A stretch of DNA of 32,000 bases from Wolbachia endosymbiont of Onchocerca ochengi (GTDB taxonomy: Bacteria; Pseudomonadota; Alphaproteobacteria; Rickettsiales; Anaplasmataceae): NCBI RefSeq assembly GCF_000306885.1, contig NC_018267.1, positions 720,001 to 752,000 on the forward strand. Reading direction: 5' to 3'. A program made the position numbers and the translations under genes. The notes under the pieces are model-generated. The model made no database searches. It was given only the letters and a program-made list of their open reading frames with translations, and was not told the origin of the DNA. Below, piece after piece: positions 18,940-28,758 of the stretch (positions are counted from its first letter, which is position 1; the number at the start of each line of letters is the position of its first letter).

Positions 18940-19374
18940 ATAGGGCAAAGGCAAAAAACCTCATCTGCTTTAACTTTTTACTCTTGCTGATGTTTATATT
19001 TTAAGTATGATTTTGCTGAATGCAGAAAGGATTTAAAAAACATGTAGTTACTATACTTCATGCAGTCTATAAAAAAATATTTTAAATTTATGCTCAATTT
19101 ACTATTGAGTTTGAGAAGATTAAAAATAGGTTCTGAGTTAGAAATAACCTAGTTGTCAAAACATGAGATTGGTAAAATTTGTTGAGTAGCTTTATATATT
19201 ATTTTTAATATAGAGAATATACGGTTTTGTAGCCTAAGATATATAAAATTTCTTCAAGCGCTAAAAACAGAACCTTAATACTGCCTTACACACTGCTTTT
19301 GGAAATCTTTTCTAAGAGGCTAGAGCTATAAAAAAAGTACTTAGTATCTGTGCAGGAGCTTTTTTCAGGTATAT

Positions 19375-20232
19375 TCAGTTTATCACTCTGTCTAAAAGAA
19401 TGCTGGAAAAAAGCAGTAGCCCCACGTAAGAATTGTTTTTGAATATGGACATACATTGACTAGGGTTATCAAGATTAAGATTTTTATATTGGTAGTAAAA
19501 CATGAATCCTATAGCAAGTAGAGCAATATAAAAAATGTTATTTAATGATGATAAGATACCAGCACATAGCCACATCATAAGAGAAATTAGATAAAACTTT
19601 TTTAACCAGCATTTTGTTGCATTACCAAAATGCAATGCAGTTGACTTTATTCCTAATTTTTCATCATCTCTCTTATCTTGATGAGCATATATAGTGTCGT
19701 AGCTCAGCGTCCAAAAGATGCATCCTGTATAAAAGAGTACAGGTTCTATACTGATCTTGTTTTTTACTACCGTCCAACCCATGAGTGATCCCATATTAAA
19801 AGTAAATCCTAGAAACAACTGTGGCCACCAAACATGACGTTTTAATAAGGGATAAATAATTATCATACATATAGAGATTATTCCCAACATAAGCGTAGTT
19901 TTATTGGTGAGTAATAGGATTACCAGTGCAATAGATAATAACAGGGAAAGTAAAGCCAAGGCTTGCTTTACGTTTAATGCATCGCTTGCAAGTGGTCTAT
20001 GCTTTGTTCGCTCAACATGTATATCTATTTCTTTATCAAGAATGTCATTGATTACGCAACCTGCAGACCTCATTAAAAATGAGCCTATAGTGAACAAGAT
20101 AAAGAGGAAAAAAGTCTGCCATGATATAGAAGTTGAGGCTAGAGTAATACCACTTAAACTCGGAAATAATATAAGCCATAAACCTGTTAAACTATGCAAC
20201 CTAATCAATAAAAAGTAGTGATTGAAATGCAT
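19375..20232 (-). CDS. ubiA: 4-hydroxybenzoate polyprenyltransferase (ubiquinone biosynthesis)
   Basis: About 285-aa polytopic protein with the UbiA motifs NDILDKEIDIHVERTKHRPLA and YAHQDKRDD. The ATG at 20232 is preferred because the first codon of the ORF track at 20235 is TTG. It starts 3 nt after the rbfA stop. Confidence 0.9.
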   Translation of the reverse strand: MHFNHYFLLIRLHSLTGLWLILFPSLSGITLASTSISWQTFFLFILFTIGSFLMRSAGCVINDILDKEIDIHVERTKHRPLASDALNVKQALALLSLLLSIALVILLLTNKTTLMLGIISICMIIIYPLLKRHVWWPQLFLGFTFNMGSLMGWTVVKNKISIEPVLFYTGCIFWTLSYDTIYAHQDKRDDEKLGIKSTALHFGNATKCWLKKFYLISLMMWLCAGILSSLNNIFYIALLAIGFMFYYQYKNLNLDNPSQCMSIFKNNSYVGLLLFSSILLDRVIN

Positions 20233-20235
20233 CAA

Positions 20236-20583
20236 TTAAGTGTGATTACTTAGTATTTTGTTTACATTAATAAAATTATCGAATGCTAAGTCAGGTTTAA
20301 AAACTAACTTAGGTACAAACCGTAAATTAACATAACACAATATAGATTTGTGTATTAACCATGCAGATTGGTTAACTTCATTAATAATAGTATTAGTACT
20401 GTAATTTTTTTCGTTTAATGAAGATGACACGATATATACATCCGCTTTTTTAAAATCTTTACTTAATTTTACGTAAGATACTATTATACCCTTATTACTG
20501 TACACTTTACCTTTCATTAAGATTCTAGATATTGCTCTATGCAATACAGATGCTATTTTCAGTCTTCTAATTTCTTTTTTCAT
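20236..20583 (-). CDS. rbfA: Ribosome-binding factor A
   Basis: 115-aa basic protein immediately downstream of infB (9-nt gap), the canonical position. The N-terminal R.LKIASVLHRAISRIL pattern fits RbfA. Confidence 0.85.
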   Translation of the reverse strand: MKKEIRRLKIASVLHRAISRILMKGKVYSNKGIIVSYVKLSKDFKKADVYIVSSSLNEKNYSTNTIINEVNQSAWLIHKSILCYVNLRFVPKLVFKPDLAFDNFINVNKILSNHT

Positions 20584-20592
20584 ACTTGACTA

Positions 20593-22911
20593 CTATAATA
20601 TCCTTTCTTCCTGAACTAATTGATAAACTTCTAGAATATCTCCAACTTTAACATCGACATTACCATCAAGAGACATTCCACACTCAAAATCTGTAACTAC
20701 TTCTTTAACATCATCTTTAAATCTACGTAAAGCTTTTAACTTTCCTTTGCATATTAATTTACTGTTGCGCATTACCTTAATTAAAGAATCCTTTTTTGCG
20801 ACTCCATCACTTATATAACATCCAATGATATTGCTAGCTTTAGATGTACTAAATATCTGCCTCACAGATGCAGAGCCAATACGTACTTCTCGTGTTATAG
20901 GCTTCAATATTTTAGTTAAGTACATTTTCATATCATCAATAAGTTCGTATATTATATTATAAGTGTGTATCTCTACACCTTTTTGTTTTGCCATATCTCT
21001 TATTTTTGAATCTGTTTTAACGTTAAACGCTAAAATTATTGCATTTGATGCTTCTGCAAGCAGTACATCTGAATCTGTTATTCCCCCTACTGCTTTGTGT
21101 AGGATATTTAATTTTACTTGATTTTTACTGAGTTTATTAATTGAATTTAATATTGCTTCAATAGAACCAGTAACATCGCACTTTAAAAGTAAAGATATCT
21201 CTTCTATCTTGCTATCGCCATGATTAAATATATTTGGATTATTATCGTTTGAATTTCCTTTCTTTTTTCTGACTAGATCTAATCTGTACTCAATAATTTC
21301 ACGGGTCTGCTTTTCAGAACTTACAACGACAAACTTATCTCCAGCGTTTGGTATACCGTTTAGACCGGTAATTTCAACTGCAGTGGAAGGTAGAGCTATA
21401 TTTTCTCTTTCTCCAAAATGATTGACCATATTGCGTACTTTGCCATATGTTGTGCCTAGTACTAATATATCACCAACCTTTAGCGTTCCTTCTTCAACTA
21501 TTAATGTTGCTGATATTCCTTTAGCTTTATCAATTTTAGATTCTATCACCCACCCAAGTGCTCGACAATCTTCTATTGCTTCAAGTTTCATTAACTCAGC
21601 AACTAACAAGATTGCTTCTTCTAACTTATCTAAGTTAATTCTCTTTTTTGCTGATATCGGTACAACTATAACGTCACCACCAAGTTCCTCAGGGATGAGG
21701 CCATACCTAGGTAAACTACTAATTATCCTCTCTACATCTCCAGGCTGTGACCTATCAATTTTGTTAATAGCAACTATGATAGAAACATTTGCAGACTTTG
21801 CATGATTTATAGCTTCAATTGTTTGTTTCATCACCCCATCATCGGCTGCAATCACTATTACGACTATGTCGGTAATGTTGGCACCACATGCACGCATTGC
21901 AGTGAACGCTTCATGCCCTGGTGTATCAATAAAAGTAATTTTCTGTTTATTTTTTGTAACTATCTGATAAGCACCTATATGTTGAGTTATTCCACCTGAT
22001 TCTTTTTCTGCGATATTAGAGTCACGAAATGCATCAAGCAATGAGGTTTTACCATGATCAACATGTCCCATAAATGTAACGACCGGTGGCTTGGGTTTTT
22101 TAGGTAAGCTTTTCTTATTTTCTACAAATAATAAATCCCTTTCCTTGTCAACATTACTTACTCGTTTAGCTACATGATTGAATTTCTCTACTATTTTACA
22201 TGCTATATCTGGATTCACGAAATCATCCACTTTGCAAGACTCACCTATTTCTTCTTCTAACATTTTTAGCACACCTTTGCTCTCCTCTGCCATACGAATA
22301 GATAACTCTTTAATTGTAATCTTATCTGGTATAATAACTTCCCTTGATATATTCTTACCTTTGATAAACTTTGACCTTTTATTTCTTATGCCAAACCTTT
22401 GTTTGAACACTAAAGTTTGTTCAACTTTATCGTCTATTGACTGTGCAATTATTAGCTTAGAATATTTAGAATATACATCTTTATTAGTCTTTAAGGACTT
22501 TTTATTAACGAATTCGTCATCAATTCTCTCTTCCATCAGCTTAACTAAGCTAACACCACTTGAGCCTTTTTCTTTATTCTCTTTAAGTAAAGAGCATGAA
22601 ATGCTATCTTCATCAATTTTCCTATTATTATCTTCTTTCGTAATTACTTCCTTTTCTTTCTTTAGGTTTTTCTCTTTTAGCAAAACAGCATTTTGTACGG
22701 CATTAATACGAAAAATCTGCTCTTTTTCTGTTAAGGAGCCTAGTTTACTCTCGCTTTGCCCTTCTGGCTCACGGATTTTTCTTCTTCTTTTTTTTACTAT
22801 TGTAGCCCCTATATTTGGACTTACTGGATAACTTAAATCAAGACCAAATTTAAGCTTGTTAAAGCCTTGAAGTGTTAGTTTCTTACTACTGATACCTTCT
22901 TCATTATTCAT
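20593..22911 (-). CDS. infB: Translation initiation factor IF-2
   Basis: 772 aa with GTPase motifs [20 protein letters not shown] and NKID. It lies downstream of nusA. Confidence 0.97.
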   Translation of the reverse strand: MNNEEGISSKKLTLQGFNKLKFGLDLSYPVSPNIGATIVKKRRRKIREPEGQSESKLGSLTEKEQIFRINAVQNAVLLKEKNLKKEKEVITKEDNNRKIDEDSISCSLLKENKEKGSSGVSLVKLMEERIDDEFVNKKSLKTNKDVYSKYSKLIIAQSIDDKVEQTLVFKQRFGIRNKRSKFIKGKNISREVIIPDKITIKELSIRMAEESKGVLKMLEEEIGESCKVDDFVNPDIACKIVEKFNHVAKRVSNVDKERDLLFVENKKSLPKKPKPPVVTFMGHVDHGKTSLLDAFRDSNIAEKESGGITQHIGAYQIVTKNKQKITFIDTPGHEAFTAMRACGANITDIVVIVIAADDGVMKQTIEAINHAKSANVSIIVAINKIDRSQPGDVERIISSLPRYGLIPEELGGDVIVVPISAKKRINLDKLEEAILLVAELMKLEAIEDCRALGWVIESKIDKAKGISATLIVEEGTLKVGDILVLGTTYGKVRNMVNHFGERENIALPSTAVEITGLNGIPNAGDKFVVVSSEKQTREIIEYRLDLVRKKKGNSNDNNPNIFNHGDSKIEEISLLLKCDVTGSIEAILNSINKLSKNQVKLNILHKAVGGITDSDVLLAEASNAIILAFNVKTDSKIRDMAKQKGVEIHTYNIIYELIDDMKMYLTKILKPITREVRIGSASVRQIFSTSKASNIIGCYISDGVAKKDSLIKVMRNSKLICKGKLKALRRFKDDVKEVVTDFECGMSLDGNVDVKVGDILEVYQLVQEERIL

Positions 22912-22920
22912 ATCATTTTG

Positions 22921-24483
22921 TTATATTACACCTAGCTTCTTGCGTGCTTCCATGATTATTAAGTCTGCTGTATCTTTCAAATCTTTTTTACTGTTTTCTG
23001 AATTAGAAAGTATACTGCAAAACTCATAACTCGATAAATCTGCTATACTATCTAATGTTTTAATACCATGTTTGCTGAGAGCAATTTTACCATCTATTGA
23101 TAAAGGTAGGTTGATTACATCATCTTCCATACCTGAAGCTTTTAGCTCTTCTATTCTTTTATCATTTTTTACCTTTAGGTACTTGGCTGCTCTGCTACGT
23201 AGTTCATTTGCAATATCCTCATTAAAGCCTTCTATTGAAGCAAGTTCTTTAATTGAAGCATCGGATATATCTTCTACGCTTGAAAAGCCTTCTGTAACTA
23301 ACAATTGACCCATGATCTCTTCTAAATTTAAAGCTTCAGCAAACAGAGCTGAACATTGATTAAGCTCTTTACTCCGCCTTTCTGACTCTTGCTGAGTACT
23401 CAGTATTTCAATCTTCCATCCAACAAGCTCTGAGGCTAATCTTACATTTTGACCTTTTTTTCCTATAGCTAAGCTCAACTGATCTTCATGAACTATTAAC
23501 TCTACGCAATTTTCATTTTCATCAATAATAACCTTTGATACTTCTGCAGGAGTAATTGCTTTAATAACAAACTGGCCCAGGTCTGAAGAGTAGTGTATGA
23601 CATCAATCTTTTCTCCATTTAATTCATGTATTATAGTTTTTATCCTTTCTCCCTTAACTCCGACACAAGCACCTACTGGATCAATATTTTTATCAGGAGA
23701 AAAAACAGCAACTTTAGATCTTGAACCAGCATCTCTAGCTATGCCTTTAATTATCACTAACCCATCAGCAATTTCCGGTATTTCTTGATTTAGCAATGCC
23801 TCTAAAAAACCTTCATGGGCTCTAGAAAGAATAATTTGACGTCCGTCATCAGAACGCTTAACAGTTTGTATATAAGCTTTAACCTTATCACCTTCGCGAA
23901 ATGATTCACCACCAATTAAATTTCGAAATGGAAGGTATGCCCTCGTACCATTTATATCTATAATCAAGTCTGAATATTCTACTTGCTTAACAACACCATA
24001 TCTTATCTCTCCTACTTTATCCCTAAATTCTCCATATTCTTTCTTTAATTCTTCATATTTAATTACTTGAGCAATTCTTTGTTGGGCAATTCTTGCTGAA
24101 GCAAGATCAGTATTAAGAGAGAGCAATTCATTAATGGTATCTCCAACTTTTGCATCTTCCTTTATTAACTTAGCCTGCGTAAGAGTAATTGATTCATATC
24201 CAGAATTTCCCTCTATATTTGGCTTATCATCAATGACCTTTAATTCTCTGTATGAAATAACCTTTCCTGTGTTTCTATCTATATTAACTACAATTTTATT
24301 CTTACTACCGTATTTTTGATAAGCAACTGCTTCTATTGCACTTTCTAATGCCTTTATTATCACTTCAAAATCTAGACCTTTCTGAAGTGAAAGTTCCGCT
24401 GCTGTTTTTATTATATCAATGCTCCCAACTAAGTCACCTTTGTCACTTTTCTGTTTAGTACTACTCTTACGATTAGCAATCAT
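22921..24483 (-). CDS. nusA: Transcription termination/antitermination factor NusA
   Basis: 520 aa with S1 and KH regions (..LSLAIGKKGQNVRLASELVGWKIEI..) and C-terminal acidic HhH repeats. ATG at 24483. Confidence 0.97.
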   Translation of the reverse strand: MIANRKSSTKQKSDKGDLVGSIDIIKTAAELSLQKGLDFEVIIKALESAIEAVAYQKYGSKNKIVVNIDRNTGKVISYRELKVIDDKPNIEGNSGYESITLTQAKLIKEDAKVGDTINELLSLNTDLASARIAQQRIAQVIKYEELKKEYGEFRDKVGEIRYGVVKQVEYSDLIIDINGTRAYLPFRNLIGGESFREGDKVKAYIQTVKRSDDGRQIILSRAHEGFLEALLNQEIPEIADGLVIIKGIARDAGSRSKVAVFSPDKNIDPVGACVGVKGERIKTIIHELNGEKIDVIHYSSDLGQFVIKAITPAEVSKVIIDENENCVELIVHEDQLSLAIGKKGQNVRLASELVGWKIEILSTQQESERRSKELNQCSALFAEALNLEEIMGQLLVTEGFSSVEDISDASIKELASIEGFNEDIANELRSRAAKYLKVKNDKRIEELKASGMEDDVINLPLSIDGKIALSKHGIKTLDSIADLSSYEFCSILSNSENSKKDLKDTADLIIMEARKKLGVI

Positions 24484-24545
24484 ACAAATAAATCCTATAC
24501 AATCAGTTATAACTATATCTTTAATGGAAAGAAACGCTATTTCTA

Positions 24546-24573
24546 ATAGTAAATAATTACTAATTTAAGTCAA
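24546..24573 (-). promoter_or_regulatory. Candidate sigma70-type promoter for nusA-infB-rbfA-ubiA
   Basis: On the minus strand, TTGACT (24573-24568) is followed by a 16-nt spacer and TACTAT (24551-24546). It lies about 60 nt upstream of the nusA ATG. Confidence 0.35.
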
Positions 24574-25506
24574 GTTTTTTCATATCTTTATATTACAAGC
24601 AATGCAAGAATAAAAATAAGGTTAAAACTGCTTGCAGTTAATATTCCGCATGCCATAATCATTTAGAATGTCAACTTTATTACCGCTTGATGGCGTGTCA
24701 TATATAATTTGTAATGAAAAAAAATTAATATTTAGCTTAGTAACTATTACTATCACAAAGCATTAAGTAATAGTATATTATGTTTCACCACTATAATTTT
24801 TCCAACTAAAGCAATTCTCCTACCACACATATAACAATTATAAGAACTTTATTAACAAGGAAGAAAATAAAAAACTTACATGTATAGATAAAAATATTGC
24901 TGTCATTACAATAAATGTATGATGTACACTATTAAAATATATCAATGATACTAATGTTATTAATATAGTTCTTAATATAGGAAAAGTCTCTAACAAAAAA
25001 ACTGACGAATCTTTGCTAATTTCTTTTATTAACTTCAAAATTAACCTTTAGCTACTAGAACCTGTAATCCTTTGCCTCTTTTATGAAACCTAAGTTCACT
25101 CTTTATTGAAAGAGCTGATAGCTTTTCACTATCTTCAACGAAAATTCTAAAAAGTTCAATAAACACACTTAACTATAGGAATTTGTATGTCATGGTTGCT
25201 TTCATCTGATGCCTTTTATAGATAATATATGAACTAAAAATAAAATCACTATTGTCATATTTTTTCTACAAGCAAGCTTTTCATATTAATTCTTTATTGA
25301 ATATTCATACTTTTGTGAACAGTGTATCCGAAGTGCATTATATATTAATTAACTCTTACAAAAAGATTCTACATGTTAGCTATAGTATAATATTTAAGGG
25401 TTGCTGTGAATGCAATTTTAAATATGATAAAAGGCAAAAGTAAAATAAGTTGAATCTATTTTAGCTAAAATTTTAATCTTTTAAAAACAAGAAGAATATC
25501 TGTAAA

Positions 25507-28500
25507 TCAACCTAAACACATAAGCTTAGTATTGCCACCAAATGCTGTAGTATTGATACTTATAACCTTTTCTGTAGAAAAACGTTGCAAATAATCAGGA
25601 CCACCAGCTTTTGGTCCAGTGCCGGATAATCCCCTACCGCCAAATGGTTGTACGCCAACTACTGCACCTATCTGATTGCGATTTATGTACACATTTCCAA
25701 CTGATACTTTCTTACTTATTAAATTGATTTGGCTTTGTATGCGGCTCTGTAAAGAAAACGTAAGTCCATGTCCTGTGCTGTTTATATCATTTATAACCTC
25801 ACTTAATTGAGACTTGTCAAAGCGTATGATATGCAAAATTGGACCGAATATTTCCTCCTTTAATTGCGAAATTTTCTGCACCTCATAAATATATGGGGGA
25901 AAGAAATAACCACTATGAGAATTTATACTTATGGGTACTTTAGATAAAAGGTTTGAATTTTTGTCCATTGACATCTTTTCTGTGTATTTAGTTAGCATGT
26001 CAACAGATGCTTTATCAATTATCGGACCAACATCAGTGCTAAGCTGCATTGGATCACCAATCTTTAATTCTTGAGCCGCATCGCATATCATCTTTATCTG
26101 TTTTTCTGCTATATCATCTTGAATAAATAGCACTCTAAGAGCAGAACAGCGTTGACCGCTACTTCGAAATGCGGAAAGTAAAACGTCTGAAGTTACTTGT
26201 TCTAGGAGAGCTGAGCTGTCGACAATCATAGCATTTAGTCCACCAGTTTCAGCGATAAGCGGTACAATAGGACCATCTCTGCTAGCAAGCATTCTATTAA
26301 TTACCTGAGCAGTTTGTATTGAACCAGTAAAAGCTACACCGGAAATTCTATTATCTGGTACCAATATCTTACTTAAGTACTGACCGTCTCCTGGAATAAG
26401 ATGCAGTACATTTTTAGGTATTTTAGCTTCGTGCAGTATTCTAACAGCTTCATAAGCAATAATTGGTGTTTGCTTCGCTGGCTTTGCCAGCACCACATTA
26501 CCTGCTGCAAGTGCAGCTGAAACTTGTCCAATAAAGATAGAAAGTGGAAAGCTCCACGGTGATATACATAAAAAAACTCCTCTACCTTCAAAAAAAATGA
26601 AATTATCTTCACCCGTTGGACCTGATAACTTTTTCCAGTTATTCAGTTTATTTTTTGCTATCATTGCATAGTAACGTAAAAAATCAACTGCCTCTCTTAC
26701 TTCTGCTACTGCATCAGGTAAAATCTTTCCTGTTTCCACAATCAGAATGTAAATCAGCTTTTTCATTCTTTCTTCAAGTAAATCTGCAGCTCTTTCAAGG
26801 TACTCAGCACGTTCTTCTGCTGAAACATTCTGCCACTTAGCAAAAGCATTATGTGCTATTTCGAGAGCGTTCAAAGCCTGATTATTTGTTGTATTAGACA
26901 CTTTCCCGATTATATTTTCTAAATGTGCTGGATTAACTACTTTGGTAGACTCAGTACTGTCAAATAGTAACTCTCCGTTAATTACCGGTCCAACTTGCCA
27001 TTTCTTTTTGCTAAGTTCTTTCATATCATTTGCAAGTTGTGAAATTGTAACTGAATCACTAATATCAATACCTAAGGAATTCTTTCTTTCCTTTCCAAAA
27101 ATATCTTGTGGCAACGGAATGCTTGGATGAGGTTCGTACTCTAAGCTTTTAGCTTTTTCTAATGGATCTGAAATTAACTCTTCAATTTTAATATTGGAAT
27201 CATTTATTTGATGAACAAATGAACTGTTAGCTCCATTTTCAAGAAGGCGTCTAATAAGGTACGGCAATAAATCACTATGTTTGCCAATTGGAGCATATAC
27301 ACGGCAATTAATACTTGTTGCAAGTTCTGACATTGCATAATCATACAAGCGCTTACCCATTCCATGTAAGCGCTGAAACTCAAATCCAGGGTGGTTTTTG
27401 TCAGCAAGTTCCATTATAGTAGCAAAAGTATAAGCGTTATGAGTTCCAAAGCATGGATAAAAATGACTTGCTTTGTTTAAAAGTTTCTGTGCGCAGGCAA
27501 GGTAGCACACATCTGTATAGCTTTTTCTAGTAAACACTGGATACCCAATTAATCCTAATTCCTGCGTGTGCTTAATTTCTGAGTCCCAATATGCTCCTTT
27601 CACAAGCTTTACCATAATTTTATGTTTTGATCGAATAGCAATATCTTCAATAAAATCAAGAACAGATAAAGCACGTTTTTGATATGCTTGTACAGCAAAA
27701 CCAAGTCCATTCCACTGAGAAAGCGATTCATCAAGACGTAATTGCTCGAATAAGACTAATGACATCTCGAGTCTTTCTGATTCTTCTGCATCTATACACA
27801 ATGAAATGTTATATTTCTTTGCTTCATGACAAAGCTTCAATACTTTAATTCTTAGTTCTTCAGCTACATTATCAAATTGGCTGAATTCATAACGTGGGTG
27901 TAATGAAGACAACTTGATCGAAATTCCATGAGATTTAAAGCAATTACTAGTATCAGTAGACACGCCTATGGTTTTTATTGAATGCATACAAGAATTAAAA
28001 TATTCTTCTGCATTCTCAGCTGTGCAAACAGTTTTACCAATCATATCAAAAGAGCATAAATATCTGCTGTGATCATCTAACTTTATACTTTCTAATGCTT
28101 TTTCTATACTCTCTCCAATGATAAAGTGCTTACCAAGCATTAACATCGCTTGTTTTACTGCTTTACGGATTACTGGCTCCCCTAAATTTTTAAGTAACCT
28201 AGAAATTGCATGATAGAATTTTGGATCTTCTCTGTTTCTTTTCAGAATATTGCTTCCTATTACTAAACTCCACGTAGAAGCATTGATAAACAATGAAGAA
28301 GAACGCCCTAAGTGCTTACTCCATTCTTGATTAGCAATTTTATCTTTGATTAGTTGGTTTATTGTATAATCGTCTGGTATTCTAAGTAGTGATTCAACAA
28401 TACACATTAGCGCCACTCCTTCATCATTGGAAAATGAGTACTGTTGCATAAAAGAATCTATGATACCTAGCTTGCTACCTTTAATTTTCTCGATAACTTG

Positions 28501-28647
28501 TTTTGCAATATTGTAAATTCTGTTTCTCGAATCAGCCGAAAGTTCTATCTTTTCTACAAGATAACGCATACAGTTTCTTTCGTCAGTACGATAAAACCCC
28601 TGCAAACGCTTTCGCAGTTCGTTAGGTTCTTGTATAGAACTGATCAT
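25507..28647 (-). CDS. putA: Bifunctional proline dehydrogenase / L-glutamate gamma-semialdehyde (P5C) dehydrogenase
   Basis: 1046 aa with an N-terminal PRODH barrel region and a C-terminal aldehyde dehydrogenase domain carrying ETGGLNAMIVDSSA and the catalytic-Cys motif GQRCSALR. Its length fits the short PutA class, which lacks an N-terminal RHH DNA-binding domain. Confidence 0.95.
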   Translation of the reverse strand: MISSIQEPNELRKRLQGFYRTDERNCMRYLVEKIELSADSRNRIYNIAKQVIEKIKGSKLGIIDSFMQQYSFSNDEGVALMCIVESLLRIPDDYTINQLIKDKIANQEWSKHLGRSSSLFINASTWSLVIGSNILKRNREDPKFYHAISRLLKNLGEPVIRKAVKQAMLMLGKHFIIGESIEKALESIKLDDHSRYLCSFDMIGKTVCTAENAEEYFNSCMHSIKTIGVSTDTSNCFKSHGISIKLSSLHPRYEFSQFDNVAEELRIKVLKLCHEAKKYNISLCIDAEESERLEMSLVLFEQLRLDESLSQWNGLGFAVQAYQKRALSVLDFIEDIAIRSKHKIMVKLVKGAYWDSEIKHTQELGLIGYPVFTRKSYTDVCYLACAQKLLNKASHFYPCFGTHNAYTFATIMELADKNHPGFEFQRLHGMGKRLYDYAMSELATSINCRVYAPIGKHSDLLPYLIRRLLENGANSSFVHQINDSNIKIEELISDPLEKAKSLEYEPHPSIPLPQDIFGKERKNSLGIDISDSVTISQLANDMKELSKKKWQVGPVINGELLFDSTESTKVVNPAHLENIIGKVSNTTNNQALNALEIAHNAFAKWQNVSAEERAEYLERAADLLEERMKKLIYILIVETGKILPDAVAEVREAVDFLRYYAMIAKNKLNNWKKLSGPTGEDNFIFFEGRGVFLCISPWSFPLSIFIGQVSAALAAGNVVLAKPAKQTPIIAYEAVRILHEAKIPKNVLHLIPGDGQYLSKILVPDNRISGVAFTGSIQTAQVINRMLASRDGPIVPLIAETGGLNAMIVDSSALLEQVTSDVLLSAFRSSGQRCSALRVLFIQDDIAEKQIKMICDAAQELKIGDPMQLSTDVGPIIDKASVDMLTKYTEKMSMDKNSNLLSKVPISINSHSGYFFPPYIYEVQKISQLKEEIFGPILHIIRFDKSQLSEVINDINSTGHGLTFSLQSRIQSQINLISKKVSVGNVYINRNQIGAVVGVQPFGGRGLSGTGPKAGGPDYLQRFSTEKVISINTTAFGGNTKLMCLG

Positions 28648-28683
28648 AATTACCTATAAAACACCTTTACTATATAAGGCAAA

Positions 28684-28712
28684 ATTATACCATAACTCCG
28701 CATATAATAAAC
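28684..28712 (-). promoter_or_regulatory. Candidate extended -10 promoter for putA
   Basis: The minus strand reads GTTTAT (28712-28707), a 17-nt spacer ending in TG (TGG TATAAT), then TATAAT (28689-28684). It lies about 37 nt upstream of the putA ATG. Confidence 0.35.
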
Positions 28713-28758
28713 CTTTATTTATATAAAAGGCTAGAACCGAATAAAGAAAGTTTAGTAA

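Noticed and set aside
16352-20218. ORFs 16352-16546 (+), 17785-18018 (-) and 19904-20218 (+)
   Set aside because: They are antisense to the DUF1013, ppiD-like and ubiA genes, with Ser/Leu/Phe-rich products and no motifs.
21422-24319. Plus-strand ORFs inside infB (21422-21805, 21802-21999, 22178-22831 of 217 aa) and inside nusA (23072-23308, 23597-23788, 24134-24319)
   Set aside because: All are opposite unmistakable IF-2 and NusA frames. The 217-aa one is long only because the purine-rich infB N-terminal region lacks stops on the complement.
24838-25443. ORFs 24838-25038 (-, 66 aa) and 25252-25443 (+, 63 aa) upstream of nusA
   Set aside because: I examined them as possible rimP remnants. 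The first starts with TTG and is a hydrophobic T-rich translation, and neither resembles RimP.
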